The notes under the pieces were generated by a model. It did not search any database and was not told the origin of the DNA. It worked only from the letters and a program-made list of their open reading frames with translations. Below are positions 1-13,189 of a DNA stretch of 64,000 nucleotides, piece by piece. The stretch is from Octopus sinensis (lineage: Eukaryota), in contig NC_043001.1 of assembly GCF_006345805.1 (NCBI RefSeq), positions 130,138,001-130,202,000 on the forward strand, written 5' to 3'. How positions within the stretch are numbered: position 1 is the first letter of the stretch; each line of letters opens with the position of its first letter. The position numbers and the translations under genes were made by a program.

Positions 1-300
1 ACGAGTGGTTCAGACATTTCTAAGATGGCCAAAACAATATCGATATTGATAAACATCCCGGGAGACCCATAACCAGCAGAACTGAGAAAAAGCATCACAG
101 ACATGCATGTAGCTGTAAGGGGAAATCGTGGAATCACCACCCATGAGTTATCAGATGATGTGCAGGTTAGTTATATTTCAGTTGAGTCCATTATCACTGA
201 AGATTTGGGTATGAGATGCATACCTGCCAAGTTTGTGCCAAAACTGCTTTCAGCTGACCAAAAAGACACTCCGGTTTCAGTTGCATAGGATCTTGATTGT
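1..300 (+). mobile_element. Mariner (Tc1/mariner) transposase pseudogene fragment, N-terminal HTH region
   Basis: Frameshifted translation EWFRHF..DGQNNIDIDKHPGRP and ITTHELSDDVQVSYISVESIITEDLGMRCIPAKFVPKLLSADQKD matches the mariner pattern WF.RFK.G...D..RSGRP...LTIRELA...S..SV..IL.EDLGMR...AKFVPKLL. Element runs off the window start. Confidence 0.85.
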
Positions 301-329
301 GTCGAGAACCATGAAAATTTTTGAAAAAT

Positions 330-582
330 TTGTGTAGACCTCTCAGCAGGTATTGCCAAGCTTTCAGCAAAACTTGATGCAGATTCTCTCCTCGACTTTC
401 CCTGTCATGGTCAATGCAGCAATCACACGCTACACACCTTCCTTCCAAGCACTGCTGTAGGCAGCTGAAGTGAGCTAGAACATGCACTAAGTTCAAGGTC
501 AATCTGTGCCAAGTAGCTTCACCTTGTATGCTTTAGCTTCGTTACTGTGGCAACAGTCTGGATACTTATTGATCAGACCATA
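330..582 (-). mobile_element. Inverted mariner 5' end: terminal inverted repeat, 5' UTR and decayed N-terminus
   Basis: Minus strand reads TA+TGGTCTGATCAATAAGTATCCAGACTG (mariner-type TIR) and then GKVEERICIKFC*KLGNTC*EVY, similar to mariner N-terminal EQRICIKFC.KLG. Confidence 0.65.
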
Positions 583-1587
583 TGTGCACGTGTGTCTTTG
601 ACTGTACTTGTCCCCTATCACAGCTCCATGACCAGTGTTGGTGTGTTTACATCCTCATAACATAGTGGTTTGGCAAAAGAGACCAAAAGAATAAGTACCA
701 AACTTTAAAGAACAAAAGTACTGGGGTTGATTTGTCCTACTAAAATCCTTCAAGGAACTGCCCCAGCATGGCCACAGTCTAATGATTGAAACAATTAAAA
801 GATAAGATAACCTATACAGCCTCGACACACTAGTCTCTCATATGCTTTGAAGATATGAGTGAACTGTAAGAGAAAGAATTACAAATCCTCAAATTCTACT
901 GAGGTCGACTTTGCCTTTCATTCTTTCAGGGTTGATAAATTAAGTACCAGGTGCGTACTAGGATTGATCTAATCAACTGCCCCCCTCCCCAAAAATTCTG
1001 GGACTTGTGTCTAAAGTAGAAAAGAATATATTCCTCATACTGATTTAGCAAAAAATGATCTCTCCAGTTTATAGTTCTTGGAGGAAACTTGGAGCACAAG
1101 TTTATTGAATTTCTTTCAATCAAAATTCATCTAAAACTAATGTTAAAGACATCATCATCATTATCATTATCATCATACAGCTGGATTCCCTTCCTAATGC
1201 CAACCACTCTGAGAGTGTAACAGGAGCTTTTATGTACCACTGCTATGGATGCCAGTTGCATGGTACCAGTATCTGCCATGATTACAATTTCACTTGGCTT
1301 GATGGGTCTTCTTCTGAAGCACAGCATATTGCTGAAAGTCTTAGTCATTTGTCATTGCTATGTGAGGCTAAACATGTGAAAGGTTCTTTTTACATGCCAC
1401 TGGTATGGGTGCTGGTTACGTGACACTATCATCAGCCACATTGCCTACACACATATATAAATATATATATATATAAAATTAAAAATAATAAGGGTGAAAA
1501 ATAGAATATTAATTTGATTAACATTAATTTTAAACCAGTGGTCTAGCATATTAAAATCTGAAGATTCAGAAAAATTATACACACATG

Positions 1588-1812
1588 TAAGAGGGATGAC
1601 CACTACATGGACATCCATTATACTAGAAGCAGATCTGCTATGGTCTTACCACTAAGAAAGGAATGTTCTCAAGAAAATTTAGCAAACACCAGAACACCAG
1701 CTTATGCTCTGGTGTTTACTAAATTTTCTTGAGAACATTCCTTTCTTAGTGGTAAGACCATAGCGGATCTACTTCTAGCATAATGATGTCCATGTAGTGG
1801 TCATCCCTCTTA
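1588..1812. repeat. Long fold-back palindrome 1 (MITE-like), ~105-bp arms, 14-nt spacer
   Basis: 1588-1693 (taagagggatgaccactac...agcaaacaccaga) is the near-perfect reverse complement of 1708-1812. Confidence 0.95.
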
Positions 1813-1829
1813 TATGTATGCATATATAT

Positions 1830-2020
1830 CATCATCATCATCGTTTAACGTCCGTTGTCCGTGCTAGCACGGGATGGGTCGGTTCGACCGGGGTCTGGGA
1901 AGCCAGGAGGCTGCACCAGGCTCCAGTCTGATCTGGTAGTGTTTCTACAGCTGGCTGCCCTTCCTAATGCCAACCACACCGTGAGTGTAGTGGGTGCTTT
2001 TTATGTGCCACCGGCACATA
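1830..2020 (-). mobile_element. RTE LINE 3'-end fragment with (GAT)n tail
   Basis: (cat)n cgtttaacgtccg...gctagcac..gctggctgcccttcctaatgccaaccac; same 3' sequence as the RTE copy at 58000-58925. Further fragments at about 1155-1440(-), 4560-4735(+), 16250-16470(-), 26655-26830(+), 27110-27400(+), 34245-34305(-). Confidence 0.85.
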
Positions 2021-2429
2021 TATATATATATATAAACAAAAGAAAAAGCAACAAAATGCTTAAAAGACTTTGGAAAATAACTAACTTGACAAATGTATCT
2101 TTTCATATCTACATATCTGTCTAATTTTCTTTGTATACAATTAGATTTCTCATCAATATATGTATTGTTTTGTGTGTGGATAATTATTATCAATAATTAT
2201 CGATATATCTCATCTAATTATCCATCAATCTGTATGTTTGTTTAACGATCTATCAACTTTTCTGTCAGTTAATTCATCTCATGCTATGTATGTATGTATG
2301 TATAATGTGTATATGTATGTATGTATGTATGCATGTATGTACGTATGTATGTATGTATATATGTATGTACCTATCTATCTATCTGCCAATCTATCTACCT
2401 TTCTGTTTCTCTTTCTTTCTCTTGCTCTT

Positions 2430-2482
<53 letters not shown>

Positions 2483-3283
2483 TATCTATCTATCTATATG
2501 TCAGTTTGCATATTTAGCCTTTTCTATCTGTCTGTCTGTCTGTCTGTCTGCTTAACCAACCAACCACCCACCCACCTGCCTACCTACCCATCTCCCTTTC
2601 TCCTTCTTTCTCTTTACTCACCTATATATTCATGACCTACTATCATCTATCTATCATATAAGTCTGTTTCCCCTAACACTGTTTCCCCTAATCCTGTCCT
2701 ACTTCTTTTTTCCCATTTATGCTTTTATTTCTGTTGGCTTGATTGATTGTTTTGAAGGGGTTTTTTGCTGAAATTTTGTTATATTTAATTCCACCCCCTC
2801 CTTTTTGCTTTTTAAAGATATTTTCCTCACCCTTCCTTACTAATTTAACATGATATCCCGTAATTAAAACTGATCTCTTAAGACTTAAGATATTGATATT
2901 TATGTATAATTTTCAAACCTTGTAGATATGGTTTCAAAAAGATTTATTATATCAATTTTAAAGTAATTAGTAATGCTATCTCATTCAGGTGATTTATAAT
3001 TATTTATTTTTGTACTTCAATTACATGTAATTACAAATATTTATATTATATACTGAGGTGTAAGTCTTACTGCCAAAGTGGAATTTTGGGGTAAAATGTA
3101 ATTTTTATGAAGGAACTCATCTGGAAACTAGATCACCGACATAATTTCAAACATAATTTTCTTATATGCATACATGCAACAATACACACACACACACCAC
3201 ACACACACACATACACACACACACACATGTATGCACACACACACACATACACGCATGCGTGCATGCATAAATGCAAGAATGAT

Positions 3284-3702
3284 TACTCTCTTTTACTCTT
3301 TTACTTGTTTCAGTCATTTGACTGCGGCCATGCTGGAGCACCGCCTTTAGTCAAGCAAATCGACCCCGGGACTTATTATTCTTTGTAAGCCCAGTACTTA
3401 TTCTATCGGTCTCTTTTGCCGAACCACTAAGTGACGGGGACGTAAACACACCAGCATCTGTTGTCAAGCAATGCTAGGGGAACAAACACAGACACACAAA
3501 CATACACACATACATACATATATATATATACATATATACGACAGGCTTCTTTCCGTTTCCGTCTACCAAATCCACTCACAAGGCATTGGTCGGCCTGGGG
3601 CTATAGCAGAAGACACTTGCCCAAGGTGCCACGCAGTGAGACTGAACCCAGAACTATGTGGTTGGTTAGCAAGCTACTTACCACACAGCCACTCCTGCGC
3701 CT
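3284..3702 (-). mobile_element. tRNA-derived SINE, family A (full length)
   Basis: Head AGGCGCAGGAGTGGCTGTGTGGTAAGTAGCTTGC..GGTTCAGT with A/B-box-like motifs, ACCTTGGGCAAGT central motif, internal (TA)n/(TG)n, (GAGTAAAA)n tail. Probably one of the described octopus OK/OR1/OR2 SINEs; exact family not assigned. Confidence 0.9.
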
Positions 3703-4021
3703 GATTGTGTGTAAAAAAACAATAACTTGGTATTCACTTGTGGCTTTTAGATTCAATTGGTACTTATTTTATTGATTCCAAAAGAATGAAAGGCAAAGTC
3801 GACCTTGGTGGAATTTGAACTCAGAACATAAAAAATGAACGAAATGCCACTGAGCATTTTGCCAGGTGCAGCAGTGATTCTGCCAGTACCAGCACCAGCT
3901 TGTTGCCTTGACGTGTGCTTGGATATGGACATTTCTCTGTCTTCAGATGAGACCATTTGTACAAAAGAACTGTCATGTCATGTTTACATTCTCTGTAAAC
4001 ATTATGTCTCCTATAGCTATG

Positions 4022-4270
4022 TGTGGAGGGGTGTGGTTTAGTGGTTAGGGTGTTGGACTCATGATCATAAGATTGTGGTTTCAATTCCTGGAATGGGCAT
4101 CACATTGTGTTCTTGAGCAAAACACTTCATTTCATGTTGCTCCAGTCCACTCAGCTGGCAAAAATGAGTAATGCTGCGATGGACTGGCATCCCATCCAGG
4201 TGCAGAATATATACATCATGAAACTGGAAAACTGACCATTGTGGATCAGCATAACTCAAGAGGGTAACTT
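4022..4270 (+). mobile_element. tRNA-derived SINE (family C/D-type head and central domain)
   Basis: tggtttagtggttagggtgttggactc...ggtttcaattcc head followed by gtgttcttgagcaaaacacttcatttcatgttgctccagtccactcagctg. Confidence 0.75.
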
Positions 4271-5163
4271 TACTTTACCTATAGCTTTATGTTTTTTATG
4301 TTTAGTGAAGTGGAATCAGTTAAATGTTGGTGACAGAAAGAACATCCAGCTGTAAAGTTGTGTCTCAAATAAGTATTCATCCAAATCATGCCAGCAAAGG
4401 GAAATGGTCATGCAAATAAACTAACAAATGAACACACAAACGTATGTGTGTGTTTTGTTTTTGTTGTTGCGTGTACCTTTGTTTTACTTGACATTGTATA
4501 TGCAACTGAGCATCACCATCACAAATGCGATATTGATCCCTTCTAGTCTTCCATAGTAACTTATCCGGCCATGGCAAACATTACCTTACTTGTAAACAGG
4601 TAAGGGTTGGTCACAAGAAGAGCATTCAGCCGTAGAAAATCTGCCTCAACAGATTCTGTCCTGGCCCATCCAAGCATGGTAAAGTAGATGCTAAATTATG
4701 ATGATGATGATGACGATGATTATGATGATGATGTGTTGTGTGTGTGTCGCTGTGTGTGTTCCATACATTGATAAGTGCCAATGCATGAAACTCTAGGCCC
4801 TTGAGTCACTCTGTAACTTCTGATGATTATGAATAAAAAATGCATATATACTCATATTTTTAGCTTTATTTTCCTGTCTGCATCACCAAAGCTATAATAT
4901 CCTCATCATCATCATATATATATATATATCATATATATATATATTTGTATGTATGTATATGTATATATATATATAAAATTATCTATCTATCTTTTTATTT
5001 TTCTATCTATCTATTTATCACTCTATACATACATGCATACATACATACATACATATATACACACACACATACATACATACAAACATACATACAGACACAC
5101 ATACACACATACACACACACACATACATACATACATACATACATACATGCATACATACATACA

Positions 5164-5196
<33 letters not shown>

Positions 5197-5637
5197 GTCA
5201 TTCTTATCTCAGAAAATGATGATGTAACAGTCATATTTCTGTGTTCCAGATACAAATTCAAACAATCAAAAAATTCATCAGACACAAAGGAAATCCTACT
5301 TCAGTATTACTGAAGCAGATTTTATATGTATTATTATGGAAAAAGGAAAAAAAAAAACTTTGGTGTGATAATCATTATCTCCTAGCATCCCAGAATAGCA
5401 TCATAAATAACCTAATTTATATCAACATAGAATCACAATGTATGTATATTATTTCAAGACTATACATAAGCAGAAAAGTGAATCTAATTTAGATAGTATA
5501 AATATATATGTTGTACACTATCCATTTTTTTAACAAATAATTTGAGATTAAAAATGAATGACAAATCCTTTGACAAGAATATCTTCTATATATTATTTAA
5601 CTGGATATTATACATACATATATACATACATACATAT

Positions 5638-5673
<36 letters not shown>

Positions 5674-5872
5674 CATACATACATACATACATACATACTT
5701 ACATACATATATACTTACATATATATATATATACACACATACATACATACATACATACATGCATACTTACATACATACATACATACATACACACATATAT
5801 ATATATATACACATACATACATACATACATACATACATACATACATACATACACACATACATTCATACATAG

Positions 5873-5901
5873 GCTGTCTGGATATTATGGAGATGTTAGA
5901 G
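5873..5901 (+). CDS. Candidate 29-nt micro-exon (phase 2 to 1, LSGYYGDVR)
   Basis: catag|GCTGTC...GTTAGAG|gtgagt with a consensus donor; splices in frame to 6589-6711 giving [14 protein letters not shown]. The acceptor lacks a true pyrimidine tract ((CATA)n upstream). Confidence 0.3.
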
Positions 5902-6099
5902 GTGAGTATATGTAGTGTTAAGACATGGTGAGCGCACATAGAAATAAAAAGCGTGAGGTAGGTCAGACGGTGGGGGAAGGAGTTGTGAAAGGTGTCTAAA
6001 GAAATAAATGGTGATAATGGAATATAAACTAGTAAAGAAAGAGAGGAAGAGAGGTAGGGAGAAAGAGAAAGAGATACTGACAATATTAATCTGTGTGTA

Positions 6100-6133
<34 letters not shown>

Positions 6134-6169
6134 AGATAAAGAATGATGGATCATACACTACTCCTGAGC

Positions 6170-6207
<38 letters not shown>

Positions 6208-6588
6208 ATGAGAGAGAGAGAGAATGAGAGAGAGAGCATGAAAGAGAGAGAGAGAGAGAATGAAGAGAGAGAGAGAGAGAGAATGAGAGAGAGAGAGGGG
6301 GAAGGAAAGAGACTGTGTGTGTGTGTGTGTGTTTTTATATAAAATAAAACTGATTTAAGGAAAATATTGAGAAAGGAAAAGAAAACAATGGTGGTCCCTT
6401 GTTAACAGGGAATCACAGTGGCCCTTAAAATGTTTGTACATATATGCATACATGCACACACATACACACACACATGCCTTATATACATATATAAACGTCT
6501 GCATGTGCTTCTGTTTGTGTGTGTGTGTGTATGGCAGTGGGGTTAAGATGACAATGGAAGGGAAATAGGCTTGGAAGTGTTTCCACAG

Positions 6589-6711
6589 GAAGTTGTCGTG
6601 GTTCAACCTATAATCAAATTGTACCACAAACCTGTGTAATGTGTAACTCAACCAAAAGCACGTGCTTAGGCAAGACTCCCGACATATGTCCACAACATAT
6701 ACAAGACAAAG
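6589..6711 (+). CDS. Candidate Cys-rich coding exon (123 nt, phase 1-1): GSCRGSTYNQIVPQTCVMCNSTKSTCLGKTPDICPQHIQDK
   Basis: tgtttccacag| acceptor and AAG|gtaatc donor, symmetric length, only one of three frames open, 5 Cys in 41 codons, non-repetitive sequence. No protein family recognised. Confidence 0.45.
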
Positions 6712-6807
6712 GTAATCTTTATAGAATTCATCATAGTAGAAAAACATAAAACATTATATAGGCATCACAAAAGGAAAGTTCTAGCAAAGATTTCATAACC
6801 ATATATC

Positions 6808-7157
6808 CGCCTTTAGTCGAGCAACTCGACCCCGGGACTTATTCTTTGATAGCCAAGTACTTATTCTATCGGTCTCTTTTTTGCCGAACCGCTAAGTAAC
6901 GGGGACGTAAACACACCAGCATCAGTTGTCAAGCAATGCTCGGGGGACAAACACAGACACACAAACATACACGCACACATATATACATATATACGACGGG
7001 CTTCTTTCAGTTTCCGTTTACCAAATCCACTCACGAGGCTTTGGTCGGCCTGAGGCTATAGTAGAAGACACTTGCCCAAGGTGCCACGCAATGGACCTGA
7101 ACCCGGAACCATGTGGTTGGTAAGCAAGCTACTTACCACACAGCCACTCCTGCGCCT
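6808..7157 (-). mobile_element. SINE family A (3'-truncated)
   Basis: High identity to 3284-3702 with the head ccactcctgcgcct at 7144-7157. Confidence 0.9.
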
Positions 7158-7239
7158 GTATATACATAAAAAGAACACAAAAGTTACCAACCACAACTGA
7201 AATTTAAATGAAAAGTTTTTAGGCTATAGTAATAAGTGA

Positions 7240-7403
7240 AAACTCTTGGACAGATCCTGATCCTAATGAATTAGAAATAAAAGGTGTAACTGAGCACACT
7301 AGGTCTTTATAACCTTCATTGAGGAGACGTGTATTTAAATGCTAGATCAGAGATAATCAGTAAATGCAAACACTTTGAAAAGCAGGTAATACGCAACAGG
7401 TAA
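7240..7403 (+). mobile_element. Penelope-like element, decayed C-terminus of the GIY-YIG ORF
   Basis: Broken frames give LDRS...RNKRCN*...FITF and YLNARSEIISKCKHFEKQVIRNR*, matching the PLE C-terminal pattern IL.RA..Y....KRCNLCL.EK..I...LN.RSE.ISKCRH..K. Confidence 0.6.
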
Positions 7404-7521
7404 AATTCCACATTCACCTGGCTAAAATCACATATGTGCACTGGTACAAGATATTGCTTTAACTTAGCTTTACTTTGCTCCCAAGTTTACACCTATTCCT
7501 TTACTTTTTTGGTTTCTTTTA

Positions 7522-7846
7522 TTCTTTTACTTGTTTCAGTCATTTGAATGTGGCCATGCTGGGGCATCACCTTTAGTCGAACAAAGTGACTCCAGGACTT
7601 ATTCTTTGTAAGCCTAGTACTTATTCTATCGGTGTCTTTTGTCACACACCAGCATCAGTTGTCAAGCGATGTCAGGGGACAAACACAGACACAAAGATAA
7701 ACACACACACATATATATACACAATGGGCTTCTTCCAGTTTCCTTCTACCAACTCCACTCACAAGGCTTTGGTCGGCCTGAGGCTATAGTAGACTGAACC
7801 TGGAATTATGTGGTTGTAAGCAAGCTACTTACCACACAGCCACTCA
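7522..7846 (-). mobile_element. SINE family A (degenerate, internal deletions)
   Basis: Tail ttcttttacttgtttcagtc through head cagccactc. Confidence 0.85.
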
Positions 7847-8004
7847 TTAACCTTCTTTATTTTAAGACTTAGTTTCCTTTACTAAACAACCTTCTCCAAT
7901 TTTATTTTTCTCTCCAACACCACATCCTATGGACTGAGGTTAATCTCTTTGATCAAACTTTTTTCTCTTTCCCATCAAATTCAATCGCACACACACATAC
8001 ACAC

Positions 8005-8410
8005 ACAGCTCTGTGTTTAAGACGTTTATTTGCAACCTAGTGGTTTCAGATTGAGTCCCAGTACAAAATACTTTGGGTAAATGTTTTCTGCTATAGTCCT
8101 GGGACAAGTAATATCATGTAAGTGAATTTCTTAAGTATGTATGTATTTATGTATACAAGTTTGTGTGTGTGTGTGTGTATGTGTGTGTGTGTGTATGTGT
8201 GTGTGTGTCTGTGTTTGTCCTCCCCACTATTGCTTGACCACCGATGTTGGTCTGTTTACATCCCCGTAACTTAGCAGTTCAGCAAAAGTGACCTATAGAA
8301 TAAGTACTAGTCTTAGAAAGAATAAGTCCTGGGGTTGATTTGTTCAACTAAAGGCAGTGCTCCAGCATGGCTGCAGTCAAATGACTGAAACAAGTAAAAG
8401 AAAAGAATAA
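8005..8410 (+). mobile_element. SINE family A (degenerate)
   Basis: Central (TG)n and the 3' half ...tagaataagtactag...ctccagcatggctgcagtcaaatgactgaaacaagtaaaag. Confidence 0.85.
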
Positions 8411-8429
8411 AAAAATATATATATATATC

Positions 8430-8940
8430 ATATTCATCATTATCATAATTTAACGTCCATATTCCATGGGTGCACAGTCTGACTGAAGTTAGTAAACCAG
8501 AGAGTTACACCAAGCTGCATTTGTCAGTTTTGGCATGGTTTCTATCACTGTGTGCCCTTCCCTAATACTAACCACTTCACAGAGTGTACTGGTTGCTTAT
8601 TATGTGGTACCAGCACAGGTGCTTTCAATGTGGTATTAGCACAAGTGCCTTTAACAGAACACCAGTACATGTGCTTTTTATGTGATACTAGCACAGGTGC
8701 TTTTATCATGATACCAGAACCAGTGCCTTTAATGGAGTACCAGTACAGGTGCTTTTTATATGATACCTGCACAAATGCCTTTTTATGTGGTACCAGCACA
8801 GGTGCATTTTAAGTGGCACCAGCACAAGTGCTCTTTACATGGTGTCAGCAAAGGTGCTTTTTATGTGGGTGCCAGCTCAGGTGTTTTTTATGTGGTGCCA
8901 GAACAGGTACTTTATGTGACATCAGGAGAGGTGCTTCTAA
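8430..8940 (-). mobile_element. RTE 3' end with degenerate ~30-bp tandem repeats
   Basis: RTE terminal sequence followed by about ten copies of [gtg]gtaccagcacaggtgcttttat. Confidence 0.75.
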
Positions 8941-9202
8941 CATAAAACCAGCACGCGCACACACACGCAGACACGCACACACGCAGACACGCACACACAC
9001 ACGCAGACACGCACACATATATACATATATACAATCAGTTTCTTTCAGTTTTCATCTACTAATTCCTCTTAGAAGGCATTGGACTATTTGAGGCTATAAT
9101 AGAAGACACTTATTTGCCTAAAGTGCTATATAGCAGAACTGAACTTGAAATCATGAGGTTGAGAAGCAAACTTTTTACCACACAGCCATACCTGCATCTA
9201 TA

Positions 9203-9499
9203 TATATCACGTGATCACGTGACCGACCAGACGATCAGATGTAGTTACACATCGCTGGTCACAATGCGTTCACATTGTTTTAGCCTTCGAATGACGCCAC
9301 CCCGCTGGCTAAGCGAGCAGGCCAACAGAAGAAAGAGTGGTGAAAGAGTACAGCAGGGATCACCACCCCTTGCCGGAGCCTCGTGGTCCTTTTAGGTGAT
9401 TTTGCTCAAAAAACACTCACAACGCCCGGTCTGGGAATCGAGACCGCAATCCTATGACTGTGAGTCCGCTGCCCTAACCACTGGGCCATTGCGCCTCCA
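9203..9499 (-). mobile_element. tRNA-derived SINE family C (full length)
   Basis: Minus head GGAGGCGCAATGGCCCAGTGGTTAGGGCAGCGGACTC...GGTCTCGATTCCC and tail ending in TCACGTGA repeats. Related copies at about 39990-40312(-) and 43510-43600(+). Confidence 0.85.
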
Positions 9500-9503
9500 C
9501 TGT

Positions 9504-9553
<50 letters not shown>

Positions 9554-9969
9554 CATGTGTGTATATATATATACACACGCACATACGCACACACTCATAT
9601 ACACTCACACTTGTCCTGATCATGGCATTATGACAGTATGCATACCTGTGCACATGTGTGTGTGTGTGTGAGTATATGAGTGGAGGGGGGTGTAACACAA
9701 AGTAAGGGGTGTTTGATTGATTAAAGCAGAATTAAGAATTTCTTGTGCTTACTTCTTGTTGCTTTATGAAACAAAATACAAAAAACAACAACAACAACAA
9801 TACAAAAAAATACCCCAAAACAAACAGACCAAACAAAATGTTTATTAGTGAAAAATATTTACTGTTATTAATTTGTTTGTTTGCTTTTAGTGGTGGTGAG
9901 GGGGGGGGGTCGCCTTCCCTCCTTTTTTTATATCGAAATCTTTCATTCTTACAATTTACTTCCCTTTAT

Positions 9970-10122
<153 letters not shown>

Positions 10123-10492
10123 TTCATTTATTTATTGTGAAAATTACACAAAATGTATTTCTTTCTTGATTTTATATATTTTATTTATGTTTTCGCTTTG
10201 TTTTTATTTTTATTTTTATTTTATTTTTTCTTTCATATCGTATTTGTCTATAATCTCCATATTATTTTGATCAATGTGTTTAGCTGAATTACGTTCATTA
10301 TTATTTTGAATAAAAATTAGTACTGCAAGAAAAACTGACATTTTTTAGTCTCTCTCGCTCTTTCCAACTCTCTCTCTCTCTCTCTCTCTCTCTTTATATC
10401 TTTGTTTCCCTTTATATCCAATTCCCCTACATCCACTCCACCTCCACATTTCACATACATTCACTCTCTTTTGTTTTACTGCAACATATAGT

Positions 10493-10528
<36 letters not shown>

Positions 10529-10612
10529 ATACATATATATACATATATATACATATATATATGTGTGTGTGTATAGGTGTACACATATATATGTATATAT
10601 GTGTTGTATATA

Positions 10613-10676
<64 letters not shown>

Positions 10677-12091
10677 GCATGTGTGTATGTATATATATAT
10701 ATATATATATATATACATACACACACAAGCACACATGTGTGTGTGTGTGTGTGTTAATATTTTAGCAGGTTTCTGTCTTATATTTAAAATTTTTTGTTTT
10801 ATTTCTCCTTATTGTGGATAGCAGGTGATGGTGGTGGCGGCGTATGGGGTATTATATGGAAAGAAAGCCATTAATATGAAACAATATGCCTAAAAATGGT
10901 TTATCGAAATTTTATGCTTTACCGAAAAACTATCAAGAGAATTAAACAAGAACGGTGGAGCGGGGTGGGTGGGATGAGAGGAAAAAGAAAAACACCAGCA
11001 GAAAATTTAAAAAACTCTGTGTATAAAAAGGCAAATATAAAAGAAAGAAAGAATATTAACAAGTTTTGAAAAAGTGAATGATTTTTCTGGAAATCAATTT
11101 TGTTTTACCCATAAAATGACCATAATTACTTAAAAATAAACTAATAGAATAAGATTTTTAAAAAAAAATGTATATAATATATATATATATATATATATAA
11201 TAAATAAGTGATAATGATGTTGATGACGATGACGATGATGGTAATGATGATGATGGTGATGATGATGACAGTGATGGCATTAATGATGATAATGATGATG
11301 ATGATGAAGCTGAGTATCATGGTAGATTTTCACTAATTTGATGATGATGATGATGACGATGATGATGATCACGATGATGACAATAATGATGATGAAGAAA
11401 TATAAACAGCCCAAAATGAATAATGGAATGAAAAGAAAAAAAAAAAACTTTTTCAACGGATTAGTGAAACATATTCTCCTTACATTCCATTTTATTTGTA
11501 AGTTTTTTTAGAATAGTTTTATTTTTATTATTATTATTATTATTATTTATTCATATTTTTTGTGTGTGTCGGCATGTGTGTGAGGGGGGGGGGGCTGGGG
11601 AGGTCAGAGAAATAGAAACAGAAGGAAAAATAAATATACAAATAAAAATTCTAAGGAACAATTTTTTTTTTTAAATTATATTTGTCAATTAATTAGGTCA
11701 TATTTTTAAATTTGAAAGTTTTTTAATAACATATATTTGATAAAAACTTGTGAATAATCAAACATAATGGCATAAGAAATTTGTTTAGTTATTATTATTG
11801 TTTTTTTTGTCCTGTTTTTGTCTCTTTCTTTCTGTTTATTTTTTTATTTTATTTTATTCTATTTTAATTTTTTGTTTTTCAAAAAATGCCGGGGAAGTTT
11901 ACTTGTTTTCTGATTTCTTTCTAAGTGCAACTACTAGAAACTTTTTACATAATTCTTTTAGTTGGTATAAAGCAGGGATTGTTATTGATGTTGTTTAAAT
12001 GGTTTTTGGGGGTTGTTCAACTTAAGCTAATAATTTTTGTGTTTTGTTTTAATTTTCAAGGAGTTAATCAAAGGAAATAACAAGAACACTG

Positions 12092-12122
<31 letters not shown>

Positions 12123-12162
12123 CTTCCCCTTCCTCATCAACATCATTATCATAATCATTATC

Positions 12163-12328
12163 AGGTGCAGGAGTGGCTGTGTGGTAAGTAGCTTCTTTAC
12201 CAACCACATGGTTCTGGGTTCAGTCCCACTGTGTGGCACCTTGGGCAAGTGTCTTCTACTATAGCCTTGGGCCGACCAATGCCTTGTGAGTGGATTTGGT
12301 AGACGGAAACTGAAAGAAGCCCGTCGTA

Positions 12329-12374
<46 letters not shown>

Positions 12375-12598
12375 TGTGTGTGTTTGTGTGTCTGTGCTTG
12401 TCCCCCTAGCATTGCTTGACAACCGATGCTGGTGTGTTTATGTCCCCGTTACTTAGCGGTTCGGCAAAAGGGACCAATAGAATAAGTACTGGGCTTACAA
12501 AAGAATAAGTCCCGGGGTCGAGTTGCTCGATTAAAGGCGGTGCTCCAGCATAGCCGCAGTCAAATGACTGAAACAAGTAAAAGAGTAAAGAGTAAGAG
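12163..12598 (+). mobile_element. SINE family A (full length)
   Basis: aggtgcaggagtggctgtgtgg head through the (gagtaa)n tail. Confidence 0.92.
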
Positions 12599-13125
12599 AG
12601 CATCATCATTGTCATCGTCGCTGTCATCATTCTCATCTTCATCATCATCTTTTTCGTCTTCCTCATCATGATCACGATCATAATCTTTATCATCATCATC
12701 ATCATCATTCTCATCTTCATCATCAACATCATCACCCTCTTCCTAACCTCATCATCATCGTCATCATTGCCATCACAATCATTTTGATATCCACTTTCTC
12801 CTATGGTAGCATGGGTCAGATATGGCTTATTGATCGAAGCAGAATTTTTCTATGGCTGCATGCATTATCTGTCACTGACTCTCACTTATTTCCAATTAAA
12901 AGTATCATTTCCTCTGCTCTTTCAAACAGCTAACCGTTCAATGGTCAGATATGTTTATGTGGCTGGTGTAAGCAACGACACTGTGTATTCACAGATACCA
13001 CATATGCAGCATGCAACCAGTGTCAAAACAATGGAAAGACACAAATATACAGACATTTATGCGTGCATATATGTATAATATGTATGTATACATGTATTTA
13101 TTACACACATGCATGCACACACATG

Positions 13126-13157
<32 letters not shown>

Positions 13158-13189
13158 CATATATATAAGGATAAGATCGTTATTTAAAA

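Noticed and set aside
3925-3956. Minus-strand CTGAAGA..GAAA..TA motif (and similar at about 1555-1580)
   Set aside because: Stem I does not pair and stem II is absent; chance match.
7252-7282. Apparent exon DPDPNELEIK and 7345-7385 SEIISKCKHFEKQ|gtaata
   Set aside because: Better explained as the decayed Penelope-like C-terminus.
9420-9499. tRNA-like sequence (also heads of families A, B and D)
   Set aside because: A/B boxes are present but continue into SINE bodies without a complete cloverleaf.
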